NCBI RefSeq assembly: GCF_018350175.1 | Contig: NC_058368.1 | Location: 227,976,001-228,040,000 of the forward strand | Reading direction: 5' to 3' | Length of the DNA stretch: 64,000 nt | From: Felis catus | Taxonomy: Eukaryota | In this document: in pieces, positions 26,970-39,529 of the stretch | Position numbering within the stretch: the first letter of the stretch is position 1 | Layout: each line of letters begins with the position of its first letter | The notes under the pieces: model-generated | Database searches by the model: none | What the model was told of the DNA's origin: nothing | The model's input: the letters and a program-made list of their open reading frames with translations, nothing else | Translations under genes and position numbers: made by a program

Positions 26970-28119
26970 CTCTGAGATCTTGTGTCTTGAGACAAGTCCT
27001 AGCAGAACAAGTGGTTTTAAAGGATCTGTGGTCGGGATCACCACCTGCCTCTGTCTCATCTTCGGTGGTGGCACTGCTTTCTGTTTTTAAAGGGAAAAGT
27101 TGTTCTAGGAAAGTCCTCACCTGGAAGAATGGAGGATTCTGCCATTTGCCGAGGGCATCTCTTGTTACCATACGTTTAGGCATTGTGGAAGTGACCATAG
27201 CATGTGTTCGCATGTCCGCTGGGCCACAGAATGAGTTTATGTATCCACTGGGTCACTGTGAGATAGATATGGTGCCAAACATCATTTATCACTAACCCCA
27301 CGCCCCCCCCCCCCCACTTTAACTGGTGGCCCACAGTGCATACTGTGCTAGCTCAGAGCTAGATTCAGTAATTTCCAAAGATCTGGGACTCTCTTTCCCT
27401 CAGTGCAGTTTCGCTCGCTACTCAGTGGCTGCGACCCGCAGTTCCGTATTCTTTATGTTCCCTGTAATTGGCAACTGCAGGAGACCTTGGGGCTTCTAAA
27501 TCCATGGGGCTTCAATGTCAGCTTCATTCCAGACGACCAAAACTGACAGCTTAAGCAACTGATTTGTCCCCACGGGCCGTGACTTCCAGTGTCCTAGTGT
27601 CTGAAGGCAGTTGGATACAAATCAGGTCGCCAAGCTCAGATTCCAGGAGAGCTGTTTCCTGAATTCACTTTTGGTACCATTTACCTGGTGGTTGTTCTCA
27701 GTTATAGGTATTAGTATTCACTTTAGCTGTTTAAAGCACAAGGGACTTTATTGAGGGCTACAGCTATCATACTGAATCATTGGAAGTTTTGAATAAAATA
27801 AACCTAGGTTGAGCTTCCAAAACCACACTACAGAACTGGGCCATTGTGGGAAATGTGACCTCTCCATGACTACTGAGCTGCTGTCCTGCTTCTGGCTCCA
27901 AGATCTTTCACGTCTGGCCATAATTTGCCCTGGCGAAGTGGAGATCTTCCACCCTACGTTGCCCCAAAGCTCAGTTTGATTTAAGATCTCATGAAAGTTC
28001 ATCTGAATGGAAGAACCTACATTACATGTAGAACTCTAGCTGCAAGAGAGCCGCAGAGGGGTCTGAGAAATGTAGTGTTTAACTTTTAGGTTGCTACCAT
28101 GCAAAAAGCAAGAAGATGT

Positions 28120-28571
28120 GATGTATATACAAGGCAATATTATTCAGTTTGAGGAAGAAGGAAATCCTGCTGTTTGCAGCAACACGGTTGGACCTTGAGG
28201 ACATTATACTAAGTGAGATGAGATTATACTATCATTCATATGTGGGATTTGAAAAAAAATCCAAACTCATAGAAACAGAGGGTAAAATGGTTACTAGGGG
28301 ATGGAGAGTTGGGGGATAGGACAGATGTTGTTTAAGGGGACACATTTACAATGAGTAGTAAATAAGCCCTAGAGACTTGCTAGGAGACTGGAAATTATTC
28401 AAAGCACTAAAAAGAAATGATCATTATGTGATGTGATAGAGGTGCAAAATTTGGAATAATGGCAATCAGTACCACGTATAGATACCTCAAATTAACACGT
28501 TGTGTACCTCCAATGTACTCCATATTATATGTCAAATAGAGTTTGATAAAAAGTAAATATAAAAAAAAAAA
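28120..28571 (+). mobile_element. Old L1 3' end
   Basis: aaggaaatcctg...gaccttgaggacattatactaagtga...aactcatagaaacagag, A-rich end. Confidence 0.8.
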
Positions 28572-29552
28572 ACCTGAACAAAAATCTAACAGACAAATAC
28601 TGGAAGTGGTTTGGCATGGCTGTTGAAGGAACTGGTCTTCAATATCCACTATGGTTACACAAAACAGAATGTAACGTAAGGCTAAAATGAGCAAGCGTGT
28701 CCTGGTACAGCCACACTAACTGTTGCAAAAGGTTCAGTCCCTCCTTTCGTGTGTAAGTAGACCCTGCCTCAGAACCCTCAAGGGCCTCATTGTTGCCTTG
28801 GCCATGATGTCTCCTCACTTGGAATCTTGAAACTTTCTCGTTTTCCCACTAATTTAAGGACGAAGGCCCGGCGCAGAGCTATGGGCTGACATCTGCTCTT
28901 TTTGTGTGTTTGTGTCCAAGACCCTCAGTACCCCTACATTTCTGCCTTCTGGATACCTGCTACTTGCTCCCTGCCGTGGACTTCAGAGGGTCGGTCTGCC
29001 CCACTGATACTCACCAGCTTCTGGGAAGTCCTAGTGCAGCCTGCCATAGGGACCCCCTGGTCCCTACAAGCCTCCTACCTGCCTAAACCAGCTTCCCATG
29101 GCTTCTGGGCCAGCCGTGTGTCTCCTCCAGGCCAGAAGGGTTCAGAAGCAGTGGGGAAACAGTGATGGTAGCACTGGTACCCTAGTGGGAAAAGGCCTGA
29201 CGCCCTCTGAGCCCATGAAGTTGTGGTTGTGCCCTCTTGCAGAAATTGTGTTCTCCTTAGGACTTTGGTTATAAGAAGGCTGGGGTACTATATATATAGC
29301 ATTGGTCTAGGGCAACCATGTTCTAAAAGAAGGTTCATTTGGGTACTGGAATTAGTATTCTCCTCCCCTTGTCATTTTACAGAGGAGGAAACTGAAGCAC
29401 CTAGAAGATACTTTATACCAAAGCAGTAGGGGAGGCAGCTCAGCCCCGGAGCTGTCCCTAACCACACCAGTGCACCATTGCTCATGGAACCTGAGTGGTG
29501 GGGTTTGATTTTTCAATATGACAGGCCAACAAACATCCTTGAAGACTTAACT

Positions 29553-30010
29553 TGTTTATTAGTTTCCTATTGCTGCCGTGACAAAGGATCTCGAACTTGG
29601 TGACTTAAAACAACCCAAATTTATTTTCATGCAGTCTTGTAAGTCAGAAGTCCAAAGTCAGTTTCACTGGGCTAAAATCAACGTTTTGGCAGGCATTCCT
29701 TCTGGGTCCTCTCAGGGGGGATCCATTTCCTTTCCTTTTCCACCTTCCGTAGGTCGCTGACTTTCTTGGCTCGCGGCACCTCTTTGCATCACACTGACGT
29801 TCCTTCTTCTATCACATTTGCTTCTTTCTCACTGCCCCTCCTGTCTCCTGCTTCAAAAGCTGACTATGTTGGGCCCACCCGAATAATCCAGGATCGTCTC
29901 TCCCCTTCCCAAATCCTTAATTTATTCACATGTGCAAAGTTCCTTTTTCCATGTCAGTTAATATGTCTGCAGATTAATGGGATTAAGACATGATGTGTCC
30001 AGGGGCTGAA
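29553..30010 (-). mobile_element. MaLR solo LTR (MLT1-like)
   Basis: attagtttcctattgctgccgtgacaaa...gtcagaagtccaa...ataatccaggat...ttaatttattcacatgtgcaaagt. Confidence 0.85.
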
Positions 30011-31103
30011 TGATAATGTTGTTACTGGCGATTTTGAATATGTAAAAATCTCAGTATTGCGAGGACCAAGGCAGTCTTGAAAGTATCTGTTCTTAGTTCA
30101 GTAGAAACTGAGTGAATATCCAGCACCATAACAAATATAGCTGGTCAGTTCTCTAAGACTATGCTACCCAACGACTGTGAAATTAATGGGGGAATTTGTT
30201 GCAAGAGATTGAAGCAGTTGTCCTTGTCGGGCAATACCTTAGACTAGGCATTTATTTTAAGCTGACATGTGTTATAAGATTTTGTTAGTTGTTTCGTAAC
30301 AAATATAGTTTAGTTTATCTAGAAGATAAAAGAGAATGTAAGAACTGATTTATATGTTGATTCATATATTAGTTTTTGTTAGTGTATAGGTTGTTAAATA
30401 TTATTAATATCTCCCAACAATGAGTACTTGAAAGGCTCATTCCAGTAGAGGAAATGAATCATGTGAAGACACAATTACACTGGGTTGTGCTCTAAGCAAG
30501 GATGGAAGGGGTTGTGATGGAGAGCAGGGAGTGACATTTGGGAAAGCTCTGCTCTGGAGGCGGGTGAGTCTGAAACAAGCGGGAAGCAAAGAATAGGAAC
30601 TTACCAAGCAGACAAGGTGGGGGCCTTTTTTCACAAAATAGCAATATTGGAACCCCATACATACAGGGTGTTTTGGACCTTGTGGTATCACTGGAGCAGA
30701 CGGTGTGAAGGGGCGTAAGGGGAGGAGGTTTGGGGTACGGAGTGAGAAGAAAGCCTGAAGCCCCAAAGCAACAAGACCATGGGGGGTCTGTTCAGTTCAT
30801 AATGTTCACATCATTGTGTCACTAATCTCAGTCCTCATCCTGCTTGGACTGTGTGTAGCTCTAAACACTGTAAACCAGGGTAAAACTCTTAGCTTTTTAT
30901 TATGCAAAAATGCAAGAAGACACGAAAGTAGACAGAACTGTCTAATGGAATCTCCGTGTTACTTATCACCCACCTGAACCCACATTCTCTGACAGTTTTG
31001 GAGAATTGTTTTTATACATTCTTCTCCATTGTTGTGGCTTGAGGATCTTAAAGCAAATACCAATCTTCCCATTGTTTCATTTACAAATATATCAGTATAT
31101 AGC

Positions 31104-31142
<39 letters not shown>

Positions 31143-31295
31143 TTTTATTTATTGTACTTTTAGTTTCATAACTTTTATGTTCATTTCAGTAAAAATGTCA
31201 GCACAGAGACTGACGCGGGGCTTGAACTCACCAACTGCGAGACCACGACCTGAGCCAAAGTCAGATGCTTAATCGACTGAGCCACCCAGGCGCCC
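31104..31295 (-). mobile_element. (TTTA)n tract plus partial CAN-SINE
   Basis: TTTA repeats 31104-31152; SINE head half at ~31197-31295. Confidence 0.75.
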
Positions 31296-31890
31296 CCATG
31301 CCCTGTTTGTTTAAACATTAAAAGCAAAGCAAAACAAAACAAAACTGTTGGCTTGTTTGAACTGTGTATTACAGTTGCTTGATGTGTCTTGTAAAGACAC
31401 TTTTCTTTTAACTTGTAACACTTGCACCTCCCCTGCTCCTTTTTAAACTGTCATTTTATGGTGTTTGGAGAAACAGTGTCATTTGTCCTGTTAACGTTTC
31501 CCTGTGTGAACTGGGCTGACCCTATCCTCATGGTGTCATTTGACAATTTCCTCTTTCCCTGCTTTGTCTTTAACTTGTAGTTTGAGGCAAACACTTGATT
31601 AGAACTGATTTTTTTTCTTTTTTTTTTTTACAGGAGTATTTCATAGGTGCTGCTGTTTGGTTTCTATTCCATCACATCAAGGGGCATAATGTCTTGTTAT
31701 CTTACATTTAGTTACGTTAGGATTGATCAATGAATTTCTCCTCATTTACTCACTACAAAATTCCCCATTAGTCTTTTACCTGATGGTTTTAGCATCCATT
31801 GATCATTGCTGCCTCAATGTAGTATTTCATTAAGAGCTCAAAATGGTGACTTACTCTCATTTGTTCTGCATTTAAAAACTAGAATTCCTT

Positions 31891-32113
31891 GGGGGCGCCT
31901 GGGTGACTCAGTCGGTTAAGCGGCTGACTTCGGCTCAGGTCATGATCTCGCGGTTCGTGAGTTTGAGCCCCATGTCGGGCGCTGTGCTGACAGCTCAGGA
32001 CCTGAAGCCTGCTTCGGATTCTGTGTCTCCCTCTCTTTCTGTCCCTCCCCTGCTCACGCTCTGTCTCTGTCTCTCAAAAAATGAATAAATGTTAAAAAAA
32101 AATTAAAAAAAAA
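31891..32113 (+). mobile_element. CAN-SINE
   Basis: Full SINE; TSD ctagaattcct 31879-31889 / 32117-32127. Confidence 0.93.
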
Positions 32114-32402
32114 CCCCTAGAATTCCTCTCTAAAAACAACTATCATAAACTGATGGCTATAAAATATAGTTTGTTCTGGAAAAGCAGGAAAAATGATTTT
32201 TTCCCTTTATAAGTTTTCAAAGTGAGTTGGTACCATTGCAACCTTCAGAAGCAACAAAAATGGTGGGTTTTTTTTGTTTTTATTTTTAAGTATCAGCATG
32301 GAATCATGGATCTTATATATTTTCTGTTTCAACCTATTGCAGTCATTTCCGCGTGAAACCAAAATGATGACGTATAAGTGAGAAAATAGAATTTGGCTTT
32401 CT

Positions 32403-32631
32403 TTTTTTTTTAAAAAATTTTTTTTTCAACGTTTTTATTTATTTTTGGGACAGAGAGAGACAGAGCATGAACGGGGGAGGGGCAGAGAGAGAGGGAGACA
32501 CAGAATCGGAAACAGGCTCCAGGCTCCGAGCCATCAGCCCAGAGCCTGAGGCGGGGCTCGAACTCACGGACCGCGAGATCGTGACCTGGCTGAAGTCGGA
32601 CGCCTAACCGACTGCGCCACCCAGGCGCCCC
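32403..32631 (-). mobile_element. Young felid CAN-SINE (SINEC_Fc-like)
   Basis: Near-consensus; perfect TSD agaatttggctttct 32388-32402 / 32632-32646. Confidence 0.95.
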
Positions 32632-33571
32632 AGAATTTGGCTTTCTAAAACTCAGTTTGCACACAGTGATTCAGCTGCTTATCTTTTACATAAAGGTATC
32701 TGTACACATTACCACCTGTTTTGAATTCAAAGCAAAAACATAAACAGGTACAAATAAAATAATGTAAACAAACAATGAAAGTTCTAAGGGTTGACCTTTA
32801 TGTAGAAGAGTACTCAGGGTCAGGAGATAGTGTCAATCAGGGCATCCTTCTTGGAGGACGCAAGTTGTGAGTCAGATGGCAAAGGAGTTGAGGGTCAAAG
32901 ATTAGTAGAAAGAATGTGAGAAGCATCTTTAAGAGAGGACTTATAATGCCGTGTTGGGAACATGAAGACGTTTTGTCTCTGGGCTTTGGACAAGTCACTT
33001 TACCTACCTGACTGTGTTTCTTCACCTGGGTCCCTGCTTTCCACTGTGATCCTCATATTCAAGTGTAGCATGGAGTGAGTCCAGATTTGGGATGCCTCTC
33101 CTGGAGAGGTTAATGAGGAATCTTGATGGAACACAGCTAGAATTCCAGAGAGGGGACCTGGGAACCAGGTAAGGAATGAATGCGGAGACTCTAAGTGGTA
33201 GTTACCACCTCTAGTTCCCATGCATTTTCTCCGGACCCACCTTTGTGCCCCATTTCTTCTCTCAAGCACTTGGGGTGCCCCAAGGACTTGTCTTGGGTGC
33301 TGGGCTGGTCCCGAAAGACTTGCACTCAAAGCATCAAGGGTCAGAGCCTCTCAGGGGTGAATTGACAAGCTCAGCCTGACTAGGGGCACCCCTCTCCCAG
33401 CCCTCTCTGCCTGCCTTTCCCAGGACCCTGGAAGTGAATGTCCCTCTGTCGTTCTCTCTGTTTATTGGTCCTCTTGAGTCTTTAGTGGGATCTATCATAT
33501 TCTAAATGGCTTGTATTTGCAGTTTGGAGTTCTGTAGGGGTTCGGTAGCAATTTAAAAGACAATTTTCTAA

Positions 33572-33690
33572 GTTTTTTTAAAAATATTTTTTTATTTTTA
33601 AGTAATGTATACACACAACAAGGGGCTCAAACTTACAACCCCGAGATCAAGAGTTATATGCTCTATGGACTGAGCCAGCCAGGTGCCCCC
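33572..33690 (-). mobile_element. Short CAN-SINE
   Basis: ggggctcaaacttacaaccccgagatcaagag...tgagccagccaggtgcccc; flanks ttttctaag. Confidence 0.82.
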
Positions 33691-33901
33691 CTATTTTTCT
33701 AAGCTTTAAAGCAGTCAAGGGATACGCAGTTCCTTCATGATTAATTCTAATATATAACATTATTGTAACAGATTGCGACTCGTGTGATTTTTGTTCTCTA
33801 CAATGTATTAAGGTTTCTTTGGCTTAATTAGTTTTGTTAACCATGTATGGCAATATAAAAGAATAATATTATTTGGAGAATATAAGGGTTAATATATTTC
33901 T

Positions 33902-34607
33902 TTTTTTCTTTTTTCTTTTCTTTTTCTTTTTTTTTTAAGGCAGTAAGACACATTTTATTCAGTACTACTCCAGTAGGGGACAGACCTCAGTTTAAATTGA
34001 GCACAACACCACTGAAACAAAAAAGAGAAGCCTTCTTAAATATGGAGGTGTAAAGGAAAATTTTGAAAATTGTTAAAGAGGATAGTCAATGTGATTAAGC
34101 TTACTGTTTGCTAACTGAAGTTATAATCTTAGAGACTGGAAGGCAGGGTCACTATCTTTCTTGATGATTACCTTTCTGTCTTTTTAAAAAATATAATTTA
34201 TTTTCAAGTTGGCTAATATACAATGTATACAGTGTGCTCTTGGCTTCAGAGGGAGATTCCCGTGGTTCATCACTTACATATACCCAGTGCTCATCCCAGC
34301 AAGTGCCCTCCTCAATGCCCGTCACCCATTTTCCCCCTTGCTCGCCACCCCATCAACCCTCAGTTTGTTCTCTGCATTTAAAAGTCTCTTATGGTTTGCC
34401 TCCCTCTCTGTTTGAAACTATTTTTTCCCCTTTCCTTCCCCCATGGTCTTCTGTTAATGTTTCTCAAATTCCACATATGAGTGAAAACATGATATCTGTC
34501 TTTCTCTGACTGACTTATTTCACTTAGCAGAATACCCTCCAGTTCCATCCACGTTGTTGCAAATGGCAGGATTTCATTCTTTCTCATTGCCAAGTAGTAT
34601 TCCATTG
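33902..34607 (-). mobile_element. 5'-truncated L1 with 3'-transduced flank
   Basis: L1 3' end 34181-34607, non-L1 segment 33937-34180, A-rich tail 33902-33936; the whole unit lies inside the direct repeat tataag(g/a)gttaatatatttct (33881-33901 / 34608-34628). Confidence 0.85.
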
Positions 34608-35029
34608 TATAAGAGTTAATATATTTCTATTAACACATTGTTTAGAACATCCTTTTATTATTATTTTTCTGTTAATTTTGCCTATATTTTTAAGAGGTTG
34701 TGCTTTGCTTATTTTATGTTAATACGTTTTTTTTTTTTTTTTTTAGAACATAGCTACCATATACTGATAGTGGATTATACCTTTTATAAAAATGAAGCGT
34801 CTATCTTGGTCTAAATCTTTAAGGTTTTCGTCTTTAATGCGACTTTGTATGATAGTAATGTCGAAGCAGCTGTTCATTTTCTGTGTGTGTGCTGTATCTT
34901 TATCTAGTCTTAAAAAGTGCAATTACAAATCAACAGAAAGAATATCACCAGGAGAACAATAGGAAGGGGCAAGAATTGGCAATTCCCACACACCCACACT
35001 CCCCCAACACCTCCCCCTACCAAATATCT

Positions 35030-35252
35030 TTTTAAATTTTTTTTTTCAACGTTTATTTATTTTTTGGGGGACAGAGAGAGACAGAGCATGAACGGGGGAG
35101 GGGCAGAGAGAGAGGGAGACACAGAATCAGAAACAGGCTCCAGGCTCCGAGCCATCAGCCCAGAGCCTGACGCGGGGCTCGAACTCACGGACCGCGAGAT
35201 CGTGACCTGGCTGAAGTCGGACGCTTAACCAACTGCGCCACCCAGGCGCCCC
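35030..35252 (-). mobile_element. Young felid CAN-SINE (SINEC_Fc-like)
   Basis: CpG-rich near-consensus copy. Confidence 0.95.
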
Positions 35253-36139
35253 ATATATCTAATAAATATTTTAAAAATGTTCAGCCCCTTATGGCTAAAG
35301 ACAGGCAAGTTATACTAGCAATGGGGTTACAGCTGGCTACCACTTCCCATCTATCATGTAGGCAAAGAGGAAATGTGTACATTTCTCATGGGAACCAAAG
35401 GCATAATTTTAGGGAATATTTTTTCTAACAATTTGTTGAAATAATAAGCAGAGATCTATACAAGGATTTGTATACAAAGATAATTCTTTTTTTTCCCAAA
35501 GGTATTCTTTATAGTGCTTATAATGTGCAAAATTGGAACCAATCTAAAAGTTAAGAAAAAATGTACAGGCTAAATAAATTAGAGTCTATCTAATCAATAT
35601 GGTATGTAGTCCTTAAATCATATTTGGAAGAATATTGAGTAATATGAGAACGTTTTTTAATATCTTATAAATTAAAAATAGGTATATATACATATGTATT
35701 CACACATGCATATGTATGTATGAATACACACACATTCACATATGTGTGAATACATATGTATATATACATATATATTTTTTAATTATTTTTTTTAGGAAAG
35801 TGGGAGATGGGAGAGCCAGGGCATTTCTGACAGAAAGCATACCGGCAGAATATATGTTAATAATGCTCAGATTTTGGTGATATTTAGTTTTTACTTATAT
35901 TTTCCATAATAAGCTTTCATTATTTTTATAATAAAACAAACAAAAACTATTTAAAAATGTTCATATTAGAATTGTTCATATTAGAATAGGTTAAGGAGTT
36001 TAAGCGAGGGAAAGATACTGCGTTTTACACAACAGGAAATGATAAAAATTGTTCAAAGTGAATTCACTGTGTAACTATCAACATTGGGATCACTATATGG
36101 ATATATTTCACGTTTTTATTCTTTAGAGATTGATGTAAC

Positions 36140-36166
36140 ATATATATATGTATGTGTATATATATG

Positions 36167-36214
<48 letters not shown>

Positions 36215-36223
36215 TACATATAT
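36140..36223. repeat. Compound (TA)n/(CA)n microsatellite
   Basis: Directly visible. Confidence 0.9.
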
Positions 36224-36296
36224 TTTTTTTGCCTCTCCAATGTACCATCTTTCACGCGGTCAGATCTGTTTTATCATTTATAATTATTTCACTATT

Positions 36297-36426
36297 GGGG
36301 CACCTGGATGGCACGGTCTCTTAAGCGTCCAACTCTATAAATTTTGGCTCGGGTCATGATCTCCTGGTTCGTGAATTCAAGCCCTGCCTTGGGCTCTGCA
36401 CTGACAGTGTGGAGCCTGCTTGGGGT

Positions 36427-36462
<36 letters not shown>

Positions 36463-36565
36463 TGTCCCTCCCCTCCTCTCTCTGTCCCTCCCCTGCTCCT
36501 GTGTGCATGTGCACGTGCGCACACACACTCTCTCTCTCTCAAAAATAAATAAAGTTAAAAAAATT
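36297..36565 (+). mobile_element. CAN-SINE
   Basis: ggggcacctggatgg head, CT tract, aaaaataaataaa tail. Confidence 0.88.
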
Positions 36566-39291
36566 AAATTACAAGTATTTCATTAGTTTCACTCATATGA
36601 TATAGGTAGGCAAAGTTTCTAAACTGGGGATTTTTGGAAGGGAAATGAGTAAATTTTCTTATGGCTTAGAGTTACAAAAGAGGCTTCTCTCTCATTAAAG
36701 GGTTCGACAATTTTCCCATCATTCCTTTTTTTTTTTTTTTTTGTAAATATGAGACAGTAAGTGTAAATTCTTGGTAGCCCTTGTACTCATGAGACATGGG
36801 TCCACTTTGCATTTCCTTAGCTCTTCTGGGAAGTGAGTTCTATTTCCAGCCACTGGATGGCAGCTAACCTCCATTATTACTAAGTTGTTTCCAGAATCCC
36901 TCTTCCATAGTGTAGACTGGGCATCGTTTAGCATACTGTGCTTGAAAGGAAAAAAGAAAAGAACGCAACATGTAGTATCTCTGGATTAATCTCATTTTAT
37001 TAACCTCCGCACATAAGATTTTATAGCGCATAAGATTGAAATGCTCTAAATCTTGTAACTGGAATTCTGAAGATTTCTTTTTAAAAAGAAAAGAAAAAAG
37101 CCAGGTAAACCTAAGCCTGTTGATTGCAGACACAGTGCTCCTCCCTGAGTCTGTAGATTCATTATTAATAGTAGAGTTTTACCATTTTGACATTCCACAC
37201 TGCAAATAATATCGCAACAACAGTCCCCCATAAGGAAATGTTTGGAAACCTTAGCTGATCGCTCAGAGCAATGGTAAGCTGATGCTTGCTATACTGAAAT
37301 TCACTCAAATGAATAATTCAGTTCACAGAATTCCGGTTTGCAATTCTATCCCATTTGATAATCACTCAGTGAAATGATAATGAAAAAGAGCTCTGGCTTG
37401 TATATTTCAACGCAAGAAAAAATGTGAAAGTTGATCAACATGTCAACCTCATGCTTCAGTCTAGGCTAATAGAGGAAAATGGAAATACAGAACAAGCAAG
37501 CGTATGTCCTCCATTCAACTAATGGAGCAGACCAAAGTGACACTGATAGGAGGGGTCAGAATTTGGCTTTTACACCCATCAATGATTCCTTGTACTGCAC
37601 GCCCCAGACACCACTCTCACTATCTATATCAACAAATTAAAAAATAAAAACAACAACAACAGCAACAATGGCATGGAAAAGGATACCTCCAAGAAGATTA
37701 AAAAATAGAGGTCTTACTTAAAAATAAATGTCACTTTGGTTATGAGAGTAGAAGTGATTTAAAAATGATCTCTTGATCTATACTTAATGAGCACCTATTG
37801 TGTGTCAGATGCTGTGCTAATCATGTTAGTCAAAGCTGTTGTTTTTTAAAAAAAATTCTAGTACAAATTATATTTCTAAAATGAAATTATTATTCAGGAT
37901 GAAAATGATTAGATTCAAGGAATGAGCAATAGAATTTCAGAGAAGGGACTCCTGAGACCCCAGAAGAATTTCATTGAGGAAGGGATATAGGAACAGATTC
38001 TTGACACATGCGTGGAACTATAGCCTGTACAGAAGGAGGGGAGTGTGTTTCAGACAGACTTTGAAGGTACATTTCGAGACCAACGTGTATCCCCATTGGC
38101 ATGAGTGGTTGAGGGGTGACGGCCTGGGACTCGGGGGTGTTTGAAGTGGCCTCAGGCTGTTTCTTCGTTGTCGCACACTATTGACAAGGAACTATCTTCC
38201 CCTATATATTAGAATATATATGTAGGTCTCGCTTTTCCCTATATATTAGAATAAAATTTTAATACTTAAATAAGAGTTTTGAACTGAGGTTAACAAGATT
38301 TAATCTGTACAAGTGTTGGATAGAACTAATTAGGGAAAAATGAACTCTAAATCGAATGCTTACCGTTTGGAAACCTTTCTACAGAACAAACTTTTGTAAT
38401 TTAAAAATGTTTTCCATTTCATTAATTTTCTATAAAAAGAGAGAGAGAAAGAAATGTAAGTCCCAAATGGGGATAACAGTTTGGAGAAAAATTGCCTTCA
38501 ACTATCGTTCTCTTAGTGGTAATTGCCTTAAGATTTTCTCTTCGGAGACTGTGGTTTTCAGCTTTGTGCATTTCCTGGATTAGAAAAGCAATAGATTTTC
38601 TCCTACTGCTCTATATCACTCAATGGATTAACACCTTCAACTTTTGTTTCCCCCCATTTTGTTATTATTATGTAATAAGCAATTGGGCACCTCGTGTTTT
38701 CTTTCTTCTATTGTTTGGCAGGGAAACTCACCACGCAGTCTGCTACCTCAGTCTGCCTTAGCCTTAGGGTTGATGGTTCCGTCCTAATTGGTTTCAAAAT
38801 GATGTTCTGAATGGCAAGGGAACTGGCGATGATGTGAAGGAGAATGTGCGAGATTTGGTTGGGAGATACTTTCCCTTTAGGCTTTCCTATAAGGAAGGAG
38901 GGAGACAAGCTCATGGGGAGGTTTCCAGAGAGCAAGGGAGACCTAGGCTTAGAAGGTGGAATGGACACCCCCCTCGCTTGCTGGGGAAGTGGCAGCAATA
39001 CAGTGCTGGGGGAGGGGGTCATGGGGAACAGGGAGACACTGCTCTTCTAGAATTTTCCATTGGAGCAGATTCAAATGTTCACCCTTTGCTTTGGGAAAGG
39101 GGAAAGAAGGAAGTGAAAAAGCAGAAAGGAAGTATTTTTTCCTGGCCTGCTCTAACTCACTTTCAGGACACTTACCTCAGGAACATATTTGCCCTTATTT
39201 TCTTCAGTTATGAAAGGAAAATAAATAGTACAGACTTTATTTAGCTTTTTGATTTTTCCCTTTAGTTTTTGGTGTACTATTGCTCCTACCT

Positions 39292-39529
39292 TTCTTTCTT
39301 TTTTTTTTTTTTAAGTTTATTTATTTATTTTTGAAAGAGAGAGAGCACGAACCAGGGAGGAGCAGAGAGAGAGGGGGGGGGGGGGAGAGAGAAAATCCCA
39401 AGCAGGCTTCATGCCGTCAGCAGTCAGCACAGAGCCTGAGGTGGGGCTCGATCTCATCTCACAGATTGTGAGATCCTGACCTGAACTGAAATCAAGAGTC
39501 GGTCACTGACTGAGGCACCCAGGAGGCCC
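39292..39529 (-). mobile_element. CAN-SINE
   Basis: Reverse SINE with a G-run in the CT tract. Confidence 0.85.
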
